DNA of 64,000 bases, from the IMG/VR virus record IMGVR_UViG_3300009103_000001, positions 1 through 64,000 of that record; one strand, 5' to 3'. Made by a program: the position numbers and the translations under genes. Positions 51,315-58,450 of the stretch are shown piece after piece (within the stretch, counting starts at the first letter, position 1; each line of letters begins with the position of its first letter). The notes beneath the pieces were generated by a model, which worked only from the letters and a program-made list of their open reading frames with translations, was not told the DNA's origin and did not search any database.

Positions 51315-51536
51315 TTAAAATTTGAATTTATATTTTGTGAACTTAACTAATGGGTTGCTCCCCAATGGACATCGATGAACTTGAGGCAAACTAATCACTA
51401 TATCCATTTCCATACAAGGGTTGGTCATTTCTTCTGAAATTTGTCCATACACTGTCATTATTCTATCCATATCATACCAATAGTATTCACCACCACCGAG
51501 TAGTCTTAAACGTCTTTCTGCTTCTGTTTCGTGCAT
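51315..51536 (-). CDS. Small hypothetical protein
   Basis: ORF track; directly below a Bacteroidota promoter. Confidence 0.55.
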   Translation of the reverse strand: MHETEAERRLRLLGGGEYYWYDMDRIMTVYGQISEEMTNPCMEMDIVISLPQVHRCPLGSNPLVKFTKYKFKF

Positions 51537-51554
51537 ATCAATTATTCTTTAATA

Positions 51555-51586
51555 CAAAGATAGTAATAATAATTGAATAAAACAAA
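51555..51586 (-). promoter_or_regulatory. Bacteroidota consensus promoter
   Basis: TTTG-20 nt-TATCTTTG. Confidence 0.75.
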
Positions 51587-51595
51587 TAATGGCAT

Positions 51596-51621
51596 AAAAA
51601 AAGACCTCATCTCTGAGGCCT
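51596..51621 (-). terminator. Intrinsic terminator, copy 1
   Basis: GGCCTCA-GAGA-TGAGGTC followed by T7. Confidence 0.75.
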
Positions 51622-51659
51622 TACAGATTTAGAAACAATCTTATGTTATTGTTATAAAA

Positions 51660-51690
51660 CAAATATAGTGATTATTTTTTTAATGGACAA
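51660..51690 (-). promoter_or_regulatory. Bacteroidota-type promoter
   Basis: TTG-20 nt-TATATTTG. Confidence 0.65.
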
Positions 51691-51701
51691 GCCCTTAGCA
51701 T

Positions 51702-51727
51702 AAAAAAAGACCTCATCTCTGAGGCCT
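51702..51727 (-). terminator. Intrinsic terminator, copy 2 (identical hairpin)
   Basis: GGCCTCA-GAGA-TGAGGTC followed by T7. Confidence 0.75.
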
Positions 51728-51892
51728 AGTTTACTAAATGAGATTTACAATAACAAATTTTATTTAGTAAAGACAAAGAGTAAAAAATGGGTTGCCCCTT
51801 TTTTTATCATAATATAAATATAGTGATTATTTTTTAATAAAACAATAGGCCATGTCAAATATTTTTTTTATCTTTGTTATGTCGTTTAGCTA

Positions 51893-51982
51893 AGGACTGC
51901 AGGTACAGACTCCAGCGCCAAGGAATACTTTAAGACCTTTTTTTTTATAAGGCAGGTGTGGCGCCGATTGCCTCTCACATCC
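51893..51982. ncRNA. Candidate structured (pseudoknot) RNA, family unknown
   Basis: GC-rich; GCGCCA/TGGCGC, AAGG/CCTT and AGGCA/TGCCT pairings; flanked by convergent TATCTTTG boxes. Confidence 0.35.
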
Positions 51983-52036
51983 TTAATACAAAGATACGGC
52001 TTTTATTTTTAACGGCAATGGAATATTTATAAAAAG

Positions 52037-52702
52037 ATGCGTAAATCAATCAAAAAAATATTAAGTGAAAACGAATGGGAATGGGTTAATAAGATAGAAC
52101 CTAAACTAACTAAAGACCTAATCTTATGCTCTAACCATGAAAGGTTTAATCCAGGTTGTATGGAAATACTAAATGTATCGAATAGAATAGTATACACGAA
52201 ATCCTTAGAGACTGGTAACCGTTACGCAGACCCTATAGCAGATGTTATGAGGTGGTTAACTGATGGTGATTATCTACTAATGGATGGAACAGGAGAACTG
52301 GTAATACCATTAAAAGAATCAGATGATATGGACTGGATAAGAGATGTGGACCCAATGGTATCATTCGAAGACATTCATAAGGATAACTACCCACTTAGAA
52401 GAGATAGAACTTTTGACGGCTATGATTTAAAATTTGGTGTGAAGATTAAAAACTTGGATGCTATTATAGAAATGACAATGGATTGTAATGGTGATGAAGG
52501 AGAATGGATTGAGGATATTGCATGGTGTATAGTTGTGAATAGTAGCTACTTAAACCATCAAGATGTATACTGTGTTACCTCTCCAAAATATACATGGGAA
52601 GGACAAAGGGCTTGTTTGGATGTATACTTCTACGATAAAAATAATGTTAACATAGCCGACTACTGGGTATCAGATGATATGATTGAGTTATATTATCTGT
52701 GA
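52037..52702 (+). CDS. Leader-family protein, 2 modules
   Basis: MRKSIKKILSENEWEW; LKESDDMDWIRD. Confidence 0.75.
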   Translation: MRKSIKKILSENEWEWVNKIEPKLTKDLILCSNHERFNPGCMEILNVSNRIVYTKSLETGNRYADPIADVMRWLTDGDYLLMDGTGELVIPLKESDDMDWIRDVDPMVSFEDIHKDNYPLRRDRTFDGYDLKFGVKIKNLDAIIEMTMDCNGDEGEWIEDIAWCIVVNSSYLNHQDVYCVTSPKYTWEGQRACLDVYFYDKNNVNIADYWVSDDMIELYYL

Positions 52703-52849
52703 CAATGTGACAGTTCTATATAGTTTGGTATGATTCTTGTACTGGGCTAACAACTTTAAAAAATAGTATGACAATGTGACAGTTCCATATGGTTTGGTAC
52801 GATTCTTGTACTGGCTAACCACTTTGAGAATATATATGACAAAATGACA
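52700..52849 (+). repeat. Two about 57 bp direct repeats plus a partial third
   Basis: TGACAATGTGACAGTT...TTTGGTA.GATTCTTGTACTGG at 52700 and 52769; TGACAAAATGACA at 52837. Confidence 0.85.
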
Positions 52850-52859
52850 GACATTTTAG

Positions 52860-52960
52860 CCCTATGGGGCTCCCCCCTGGGGTCCCCCCCGTGGGCGCGT
52901 ATCCCCCCTCCCCGGTATGGCAAGGGTTGCCACAACCAGGGGTCGGTTCCGTTTGCACAC
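52860..52960. other. GC-rich island with four minus-strand G-runs
   Basis: 46 of 60 bases G+C in 52861-52920 within an AT-rich genome. Confidence 0.8.
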
Positions 52961-53142
52961 CTAAATCCTGTAAATCCCAGAAAAAATATGGGCGCTTTTT
53001 TTTTCAGAAAAGCGACTAAAAAATGCCCAGAAAAATTTTTACTAAAAAAGGGGTCTATCTCAATGCACAGTAAGACAAATAAAATAGACTTATAAGTAAT
53101 ACCCAAATGAAAAGAATTTCATATAAATACTTTTCAGTAAAA

Positions 53143-53328
53143 TCATTTAATTTTTTCATCTTTTTTTGGTTTATTACAATGTGAATCGTTCAACCCCAGT
53201 TTCTCAATAATACTACCAGCACATAAACCTATAACAAACGCAAACCCTGTTGTGACACTTATCTTAAATCCTAACAAAATTACACCCACACCTATAATGT
53301 TAAATAATATATTTCCTATTTTACTCAT
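53143..53328 (-). CDS. Cassette: small membrane protein
   Basis: Starts and ends in junction repeats; two TM. Confidence 0.65.
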   Translation of the reverse strand: MSKIGNILFNIIGVGVILLGFKISVTTGFAFVIGLCAGSIIEKLGLNDSHCNKPKKDEKIK

Positions 53329-53455
53329 CTTTGTTTTGGTTTAAGTAATATAATTCGACTATTTCTTCAGGTGTTAGTTCCATCATTGTATCTGTGCAAT
53401 AAGGTGCGTCTTCTTGAATCCATCGAATAAATTTTATCATTTCTTCTTTACTCAT
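53321..53455 (-). CDS. Cassette: small protein ending LNQNKDE
   Basis: Start MSKEEM in junction (track 53503). Confidence 0.6.
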   Translation of the reverse strand: MSKEEMIKFIRWIQEDAPYCTDTMMELTPEEIVELYYLNQNKDE

Positions 53456-53670
53456 CTTTGGTTTAGTTTTTCGATTAAATAATCTTTCAATCCTTCTATC
53501 CAAGTGGGAATCATATCATAATACTGGTGTGCTGAAGGGGTAAAAGTCATATTACGATTATCTTCATAGTATTGATATTTATCTTTTAGTTCTTGAATTT
53601 TAAGCTTAACATCTTCAGTGGTTGAAACCTTTATCATGCTTACTATTTCTTTCTTAATTATTTCACTCAT
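53452..53670 (-). CDS. Cassette: small protein
   Basis: Junction-bounded. Confidence 0.65.
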   Translation of the reverse strand: MSEIIKKEIVSMIKVSTTEDVKLKIQELKDKYQYYEDNRNMTFTPSAHQYYDMIPTWIEGLKDYLIEKLNQR

Positions 53671-53682
53671 CTTCTTTTTGGT

Positions 53683-53811
53683 TTATCTAGTTTCATAATA
53701 ACCTTTGCTTTTGTAATTCACATTTTTGTCTTTTCCAATGTAAAACAAGAACCATATAATGGTAATAAGAAAAAACAATTTGAGTATGAATCCAATATCA
53801 ATTCTTCTCAT
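53683..53811 (-). CDS. Cassette: 42 aa membrane peptide (not in track)
   Basis: MRRIDIGFILKLFFLITIIWFLFYIG... Confidence 0.55.
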   Translation of the reverse strand: MRRIDIGFILKLFFLITIIWFLFYIGKDKNVNYKSKGYYETR

Positions 53812-54098
53812 CTTTGTTTTGGTTTAATATAATCGTATCTAATATGTAAAGCACATGCCTTTGAGTCACCTACAATATCACCAATAGGTTGTATATCGTA
53901 CAGATATATTCCTTCAATATCTTTATATACAGGATTTGATTTCATATAATCCTTTTTACGATTCCACCATTCATTAAAAGTTTCATTTAGTTTCGTACCT
54001 TCAGCCCTAACACACCAATTTGGGTATTCGCCGTTTATACATTGTTTATTCAATGTTGTATCGTGTTGTAGGGGGTTATCTACTTTAATTACTTTCAT
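53808..54098 (-). CDS. Cassette: hypothetical protein ending KPKQR
   Basis: Junction-bounded. Confidence 0.65.
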   Translation of the reverse strand: MKVIKVDNPLQHDTTLNKQCINGEYPNWCVRAEGTKLNETFNEWWNRKKDYMKSNPVYKDIEGIYLYDIQPIGDIVGDSKACALHIRYDYIKPKQR

Positions 54099-54110
54099 CT
54101 TTGTTTTGGT

Positions 54111-54248
54111 TTAATCTTTTGACATCATATAAAATAATAACATATAGATTGCCATTAATATAGAGCCATTGGATTGTCCAACACACATAAAGTAAGTCGA
54201 AGCAATCATTGCAGCAATACTAAAATATCTCCATTTACCTTTATTCAT
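54111..54248 (-). CDS. Cassette: 45 aa membrane peptide (not in track)
   Basis: MNKGKWRYFSIAAMIAST... Confidence 0.55.
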   Translation of the reverse strand: MNKGKWRYFSIAAMIASTYFMCVGQSNGSILMAIYMLLFYMMSKD

Positions 54249-54260
54249 CTTTGTTTTGGT

Positions 54261-54467
54261 TTAATGACCCCACTTTTTATTAAATTCTTTGTCTGTTCGA
54301 AGTTTTTCTAAAAATTCATCTTCTGAATAAACGGAATGACTCTTCGATGGAAATGGTGTTTTTAATTCTACTTCTTTTAACCATTTATTATCCATCATAT
54401 CCACATTATCCATATATTTTCTCCATAGTGGATTTTCGTCTTTTGGGTTTGTTTTATACATAATCAT
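54261..54467 (-). CDS. Cassette: small protein
   Basis: Stop is the first TAA of the junction. Confidence 0.65.
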   Translation of the reverse strand: MIMYKTNPKDENPLWRKYMDNVDMMDNKWLKEVELKTPFPSKSHSVYSEDEFLEKLRTDKEFNKKWGH

Positions 54468-54631
54468 CTTTGTTTTGGTTTTAATTCAATGTACTTATTA
54501 AATTGTCTTTTATATTCATTCCACTCTTCATCTGTTGGCGGTGTTTCCCTATCTAACCAACTTTTGATATCAATCTCCAACTTTAATCTGAGGTTGTTTA
54601 TCGCTTTATCAATTCCTGTATCAATCATCAT
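54464..54631 (-). CDS. Cassette: 55 aa protein (not in track)
   Basis: MMIDTGIDKA...KPKQR. Confidence 0.6.
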   Translation of the reverse strand: MMIDTGIDKAINNLRLKLEIDIKSWLDRETPPTDEEWNEYKRQFNKYIELKPKQR

Positions 54632-54636
54632 CTTTG

Positions 54637-54783
54637 TTATGTGTAATATTCATATCCCATCATACGCTCATTATCATCCAATCTCTTTTGGAGTTCTTTC
54701 TTTAACTTTTTGTTCTTGGTTTTACTTATAGCTCTTTTTAAACTATTGTTACTGTTCTTAAGTTGTTTAATAAGTCCTTTCAT
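54637..54783 (-). CDS. Cassette: 48 aa basic protein (not in track)
   Basis: MKGLIKQLKN... Confidence 0.55.
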   Translation of the reverse strand: MKGLIKQLKNSNNSLKRAISKTKNKKLKKELQKRLDDNERMMGYEYYT

Positions 54784-54798
54784 CTTCTTTGTTTTGTT

Positions 54799-55062
54799 TT
54801 AAACTTTTAATTCAATCATTTCACATATCATATCAAACTGTTCCATGTTGTTACATTTACCATTATATTTAACTGAGTAATTTGGACCATCTTGATTAAA
54901 CCCTTTATCGGTTGTTGTTATAGTAACTTTACCGTTTAATACGGTTAGGAAAGCTCCTTGTCCATCATCTTCCCAAACATTACCCTTTTGATATTTGTCT
55001 TCGTTTAACCATTGGCTCATCCATCTCCATCCTTTTTCTTCTAATTCTTCTCTAGTCATCAT
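54799..55062 (-). CDS. Cassette: hypothetical protein
   Basis: Junction-bounded. Confidence 0.65.
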   Translation of the reverse strand: MMTREELEEKGWRWMSQWLNEDKYQKGNVWEDDGQGAFLTVLNGKVTITTTDKGFNQDGPNYSVKYNGKCNNMEQFDMICEMIELKV

Positions 55063-55246
55063 CTTTGTTTTGGTTTAATATACCTCTGCCTACACCTTCC
55101 TCTATCATAAACAATTGTTGCCAAAGTGCTATAGCAGTTTCTGTATCTCCGGATTCTTTTATCTTCATTATTTCATTGTCCATTTCAACAAAATCTTCTT
55201 TAGTCTTGCATTGAAATAGTCTTTCTAATATTTCTTCTTTACTCAT
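55052..55246 (-). CDS. Cassette: small protein ending LNQNKDDD
   Basis: First gene below promoter 55262-55290. Confidence 0.65.
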   Translation of the reverse strand: MSKEEILERLFQCKTKEDFVEMDNEIMKIKESGDTETAIALWQQLFMIEEGVGRGILNQNKDDD

Positions 55247-55261
55247 CTTTGTTTTGGTTTA

Positions 55262-55290
55262 AATATAAGTAATACATTTTAGATTATCAA
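55262..55290 (-). promoter_or_regulatory. Sigma70-like promoter abutting a junction repeat
   Basis: TTGATA-17 nt-TATATT. Confidence 0.6.
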
Positions 55291-55301
55291 TAAAAAAAAT
55301 G

Positions 55302-55341
55302 GCGGCTTAAGAAAAATCCCCCCTACCCCCCTTTTTTATTT
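55302..55341 (+). repeat. About 40 bp G/C-run element, copy 2
   Basis: GCGGCTTAAGAAAAATCCCCCCTACCCCCCTTTTTTATTT. Confidence 0.75.
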
Positions 55342-55360
55342 CTATTTTTATCTAATTCTT

Positions 55361-55513
55361 TTAACTATGATTGTCAAAAATTATTGGTTCAGTACCATCA
55401 TGAATATTGCCAAGTTTTATGTAAAATGTGGCTTTTGAAAGAGTAAACATAAAATAGCCTTCCATCACATCTTTTTTAAAGTTATGTTTCTTATTTTTCT
55501 TTATTATTTTCAT
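55361..55513 (-). CDS. Cassette: 50 aa protein (not in track)
   Basis: Shares 63 bp (2 mismatches) with 50463-50525. Confidence 0.6.
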   Translation of the reverse strand: MKIIKKNKKHNFKKDVMEGYFMFTLSKATFYIKLGNIHDGTEPIIFDNHS

Positions 55514-55656
55514 CTTTGTTTTGGTTGTTCTCTATACAATTCTTCTAACCGTTTCTTATGTGATTTAACATACTTTCTATTTAAGTCTAATAATGTCATC
55601 TTATATCTATAGTCTTTATCCGTTAGATATCTCCATATATGTTTAATAAATCTCAT
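55510..55656 (-). CDS. Cassette: 48 aa protein (not in track)
   Basis: MRFIKHIWRY...QPKQR. Confidence 0.55.
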   Translation of the reverse strand: MRFIKHIWRYLTDKDYRYKMTLLDLNRKYVKSHKKRLEELYREQPKQR

Positions 55657-55849
55657 CTTTGTTTTGGTTTTTAATATCCAACACCCATTCCATTAAATCA
55701 ATCATACTACATTGTGTTCTGAATTGTTCTCTTTTTTCAGATATACCCCACAAACCTCCATTTGGTGGATTATTTAAGAAATGAGTTAATTCATCTTTAT
55801 GTTCATTCATTTCTATTAACTTGTTATATATTTCTTCTCTGCTTTTCAT
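55643..55849 (-). CDS. Cassette: small protein ending NQNKDEIY
   Basis: Junction-bounded. Confidence 0.65.
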   Translation of the reverse strand: MKSREEIYNKLIEMNEHKDELTHFLNNPPNGGLWGISEKREQFRTQCSMIDLMEWVLDIKNQNKDEIY

Positions 55850-55965
55850 CTTCTTTTTGGTTTTTCATATTATAATTAATGTATATATTATTACAGAACA
55901 AGCAATTAATATTCCTATAATATGTAACCCCTTCTGTAACTTATTTAATTTATTCCAATCCTCTC

Positions 55966-56151
55966 TCATCTTTGTTTTAATTTAATTAATTTATCACACA
56001 ACCTATATTGTTCTTCCTGTATATAATGTTTGATTAATTCATCTATATCATTATTTGTATATTCTATTTTACCCAATCTAATATCTAGAAATTTAAAATT
56101 CATTTCTATATTTCTCTTAACAGTTTTAAATCTATTACTAAGTTCACTCAT
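55966..56151 (-). CDS. Cassette: small protein ending KLKQR
   Basis: Junction-bounded. Confidence 0.6.
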   Translation of the reverse strand: MSELSNRFKTVKRNIEMNFKFLDIRLGKIEYTNNDIDELIKHYIQEEQYRLCDKLIKLKQR

Positions 56152-56307
56152 CTGTATGTGCTTTGTCTATTCCTGTGTCAATCATCTTTGTAGAGTTTTA
56201 TTAAATCTTTAATAATGTAATACCCTGCCATTAAAAAAGAGAATATTGCTATCCCATAAAATATTAATCCTATTATACCTATTATTTTAATCATGTTCAT
56301 CTTTGTT

Positions 56308-56811
56308 TTAATTTTTTTTCCATCCACAATCACAATGATTGGCAATACCTAACATATCGTCTTTTTCCCAACCAAGTTCCTTTAATACTTTCATTTGGGT
56401 TTCTTCATCTCTATCCATACCAAATAGGTCTTTACATCCATTGTATTTCCTACTCCAACAGTTTGGTTTGTGTGATGCTTTAATATCTCCCCATTTTTTT
56501 AATTTGGTTTCATACATAATAAAACCTGGAAGATGGCCTATTACCCACCACTCTTTACAACCATTGTATTCATCGTTCCAATCATACATTGCCATTAAAT
56601 CCATCTTATAATAATTCTCATCATCTCTAGATAAGTTTTCATTAATATCGACAGAGACTGCATAAGAATGAAATTTTGGGTTTTCTGAAAACCTTTTAAC
56701 AAAGGGTATCTCTAAAACTTGGTCGAAGGTGTCTACTTCATACTCACTATCTTCAAAACCTGAAAAATAATTTGGTCTTCTTTCTATAAATTTCTTTTTA
56801 CTCATCTTCAT
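56308..56811 (-). CDS. Cassette: hypothetical protein with Cys/His motifs
   Basis: Junction-bounded; HKPNC...C...HCDC. Confidence 0.65.
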   Translation of the reverse strand: MKMSKKKFIERRPNYFSGFEDSEYEVDTFDQVLEIPFVKRFSENPKFHSYAVSVDINENLSRDDENYYKMDLMAMYDWNDEYNGCKEWWVIGHLPGFIMYETKLKKWGDIKASHKPNCWSRKYNGCKDLFGMDRDEETQMKVLKELGWEKDDMLGIANHCDCGWKKN

Positions 56812-56978
56812 TTTAATTTATATACAATGGTCCACAATGGGTGAATCATTTGTATTAGTTAAATTTCTTATTAGTTTAACATCATCTTTAATAATGTGTG
56901 TAGTACCATCGGTATATAAGATTTCTACAATACCATCTTCAATTGTAACTTCTTTAATGTTATCTAAATTAAACTCTC

Positions 56979-57272
56979 TCATCTTCGTTTTGATTTTAAA
57001 TTTCTTTTAGCTAAAGGTAATTCCGTCCAGTTATCAACTCCATTAGGTACTTCAGAATCATAATGTTTCCCATTATAATAAACCCAACAATGAGTTATTT
57101 CATCATCAACAGATACTAATGGAATACACTTTTCATCACTTATACCTTTCATCTTATTAATAACAGTCGTAGCAAACTCACCACATAAACCATTGTTAAT
57201 ATCATAAGGACTATAGTTTATTTTTTTATATTTGTTAATAGTATCTAATATAACCTCTGTTATGTTACTCAT
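56979..57272 (-). CDS. Cassette: papain/transglutaminase-like Cys-His-Asp protein
   Basis: INNGLCGEFA...HCWVYYNGKHYDSE; paralog of 47356 without the leader. Confidence 0.7.
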   Translation of the reverse strand: MSNITEVILDTINKYKKINYSPYDINNGLCGEFATTVINKMKGISDEKCIPLVSVDDEITHCWVYYNGKHYDSEVPNGVDNWTELPLAKRNLKSKRR

Positions 57273-57304
57273 CTTCTTTTGGTTTATTTATATGTTACAA
57301 ACAA

Positions 57305-57538
57305 TTAAAATAAGATTAATGGGTATTCATTCAGATATAGCCCATATATAAACAACCCTATTGATGTAAAAAGCAGTAGCCAAAACCTTCTTTTAGGGGC
57401 TGTTCCCTGTTCAATTTCTATAAACCCCCATAACATTTTTTTTCTACTAGACCATTTCTCTTCATACGTGGCTATGTTTAACACAATGCTAAATATTAGG
57501 AGTATTACCACTACTGCTTTTAATTCAAATCCTACCAT
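57305..57538 (-). CDS. Cassette: two-TM membrane protein
   Basis: Hydrophobic segments. Confidence 0.6.
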   Translation of the reverse strand: MVGFELKAVVVILLIFSIVLNIATYEEKWSSRKKMLWGFIEIEQGTAPKRRFWLLLFTSIGLFIYGLYLNEYPLILF

Positions 57539-57773
57539 CTTCTTTTATTTTTTTTAATTCAATACATTTTTCGAAATCGTTCTTTTCTGCGAAGTAATCT
57601 AATATTAAATCAAAGTCAATATCATTTAAATCTTTGCGTATATCATGAGCTACCCATATTTCTTCTTCATTGGTATCAATTAATTCGTCAAATGTATTCT
57701 TACCTGTTAGTATTTTATAAGAATTAATCATAGATAATTCAATAAATTTATCATTAGATACTATTTTACTCAT
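57525..57773 (-). CDS. Cassette: first gene of the array
   Basis: MSK start in junction; YF.EK..FEKC.EL motif. Confidence 0.65.
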   Translation of the reverse strand: MSKIVSNDKFIELSMINSYKILTGKNTFDELIDTNEEEIWVAHDIRKDLNDIDFDLILDYFAEKNDFEKCIELKKIKEDGRI

Positions 57774-57788
57774 CTTTGTTTTGATTTA

Positions 57789-57817
57789 AAAATAAGTAAT
57801 ATATTGGATATTATCAA
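57789..57817 (-). promoter_or_regulatory. Sigma70-like promoter heading the cassette array
   Basis: TTGATA-17 nt-TATTTT; near copy of 55262-55290. Confidence 0.55.
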
Positions 57818-57853
57818 TAAAAAAACTTTGTATAATTAACGATATTTATTAAT

Positions 57854-58144
57854 ATGAATATCAAGAAAATTATAAGGGAAGAAATCGATTTAAATTGGGT
57901 TAAAGATATCAGTCCTGATAATGCCACCATAAAGGATTTGGAAGTGGGAATGAATGTTATACCAAGCTGTAATAGTTTGGGTTTATTTGATATATCATAT
58001 GCTGTAGCTGAAATACATGAACATACTGAGGGAAACTATGATGAGGGTTCTTGTGTGTTATTATATCCCAACACTGAAAACACAGAGTATAATGTATTAT
58101 ATTTATGTGAACACTTAAACTGTAGTTTTAAAATATTAACCTAA
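57854..58144 (+). CDS. Leader-family protein
   Basis: MNIKKIIREEIDLNWVKD; module resembles the first module of 38925. Confidence 0.75.
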   Translation: MNIKKIIREEIDLNWVKDISPDNATIKDLEVGMNVIPSCNSLGLFDISYAVAEIHEHTEGNYDEGSCVLLYPNTENTEYNVLYLCEHLNCSFKILT

Positions 58145-58450
58145 GATTTAAGTTTATTTAGAATTTCTTTTAATTCAAAACACAATAGTTCTACTACTTC
58201 TGGTTCTGTTGATGAACCACAACAAAAATTATTATTTTCCTCTATTTCATCTACTATTGAGATAGCTCTTTCAATTTCTGGGTTCATGATTAATAATGTT
58301 TATTACCAATAAATATTAATATATTTATATTAAAATGTTAGAAAAAATAAAAGAAATAAAAGAAATTAGAGATAAGTTAATAAAAGATGGGTATCACTTT
58401 CCGTTAAAATGGGAGGAAGTTAAAAAGGCTATTATATATAACAATAAATG

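Larger units (their letters stand above)
53157..57789 (-). repeat. Array of about 20 gene-junction repeats (TTAAACCAAAACAAAGATGAGTAA consensus)
   Basis: Plus-strand CATCTTTGTTTTGGTTT-type copies near 53157, 53321, 53448, 53664, 53807, 54094, 54244, 54463, 54780, 55057, 55239, 55509, 55652, 55845, 55965, 56296, 56798, 56978, 57265, 57766. Confidence 0.92.

Noticed and set aside
51893-51982. tRNA, tmRNA or HDV-like ribozyme call
   Set aside because: No cloverleaf or T-loop, too short for tmRNA, and no P3/L3; kept only as an unassigned structured RNA candidate.
52756-53106. ORFs 52756-53106(-) and 52844-53095(+)
   Set aside because: They span repeats and the GC island, are open because GC-rich DNA has few stops, and have atypical composition.
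53157-57789. CRISPR array
   Set aside because: Intervals between repeats are about 100-500 bp, variable, and are open reading frames; repeats are degenerate and non-palindromic; no cas genes.
53157-57789. Classical integron attC sites
   Set aside because: No R''-L''...L'-R' inverted structure or GTTRRRY core, and no IntI in the window. The resemblance is organisational only.
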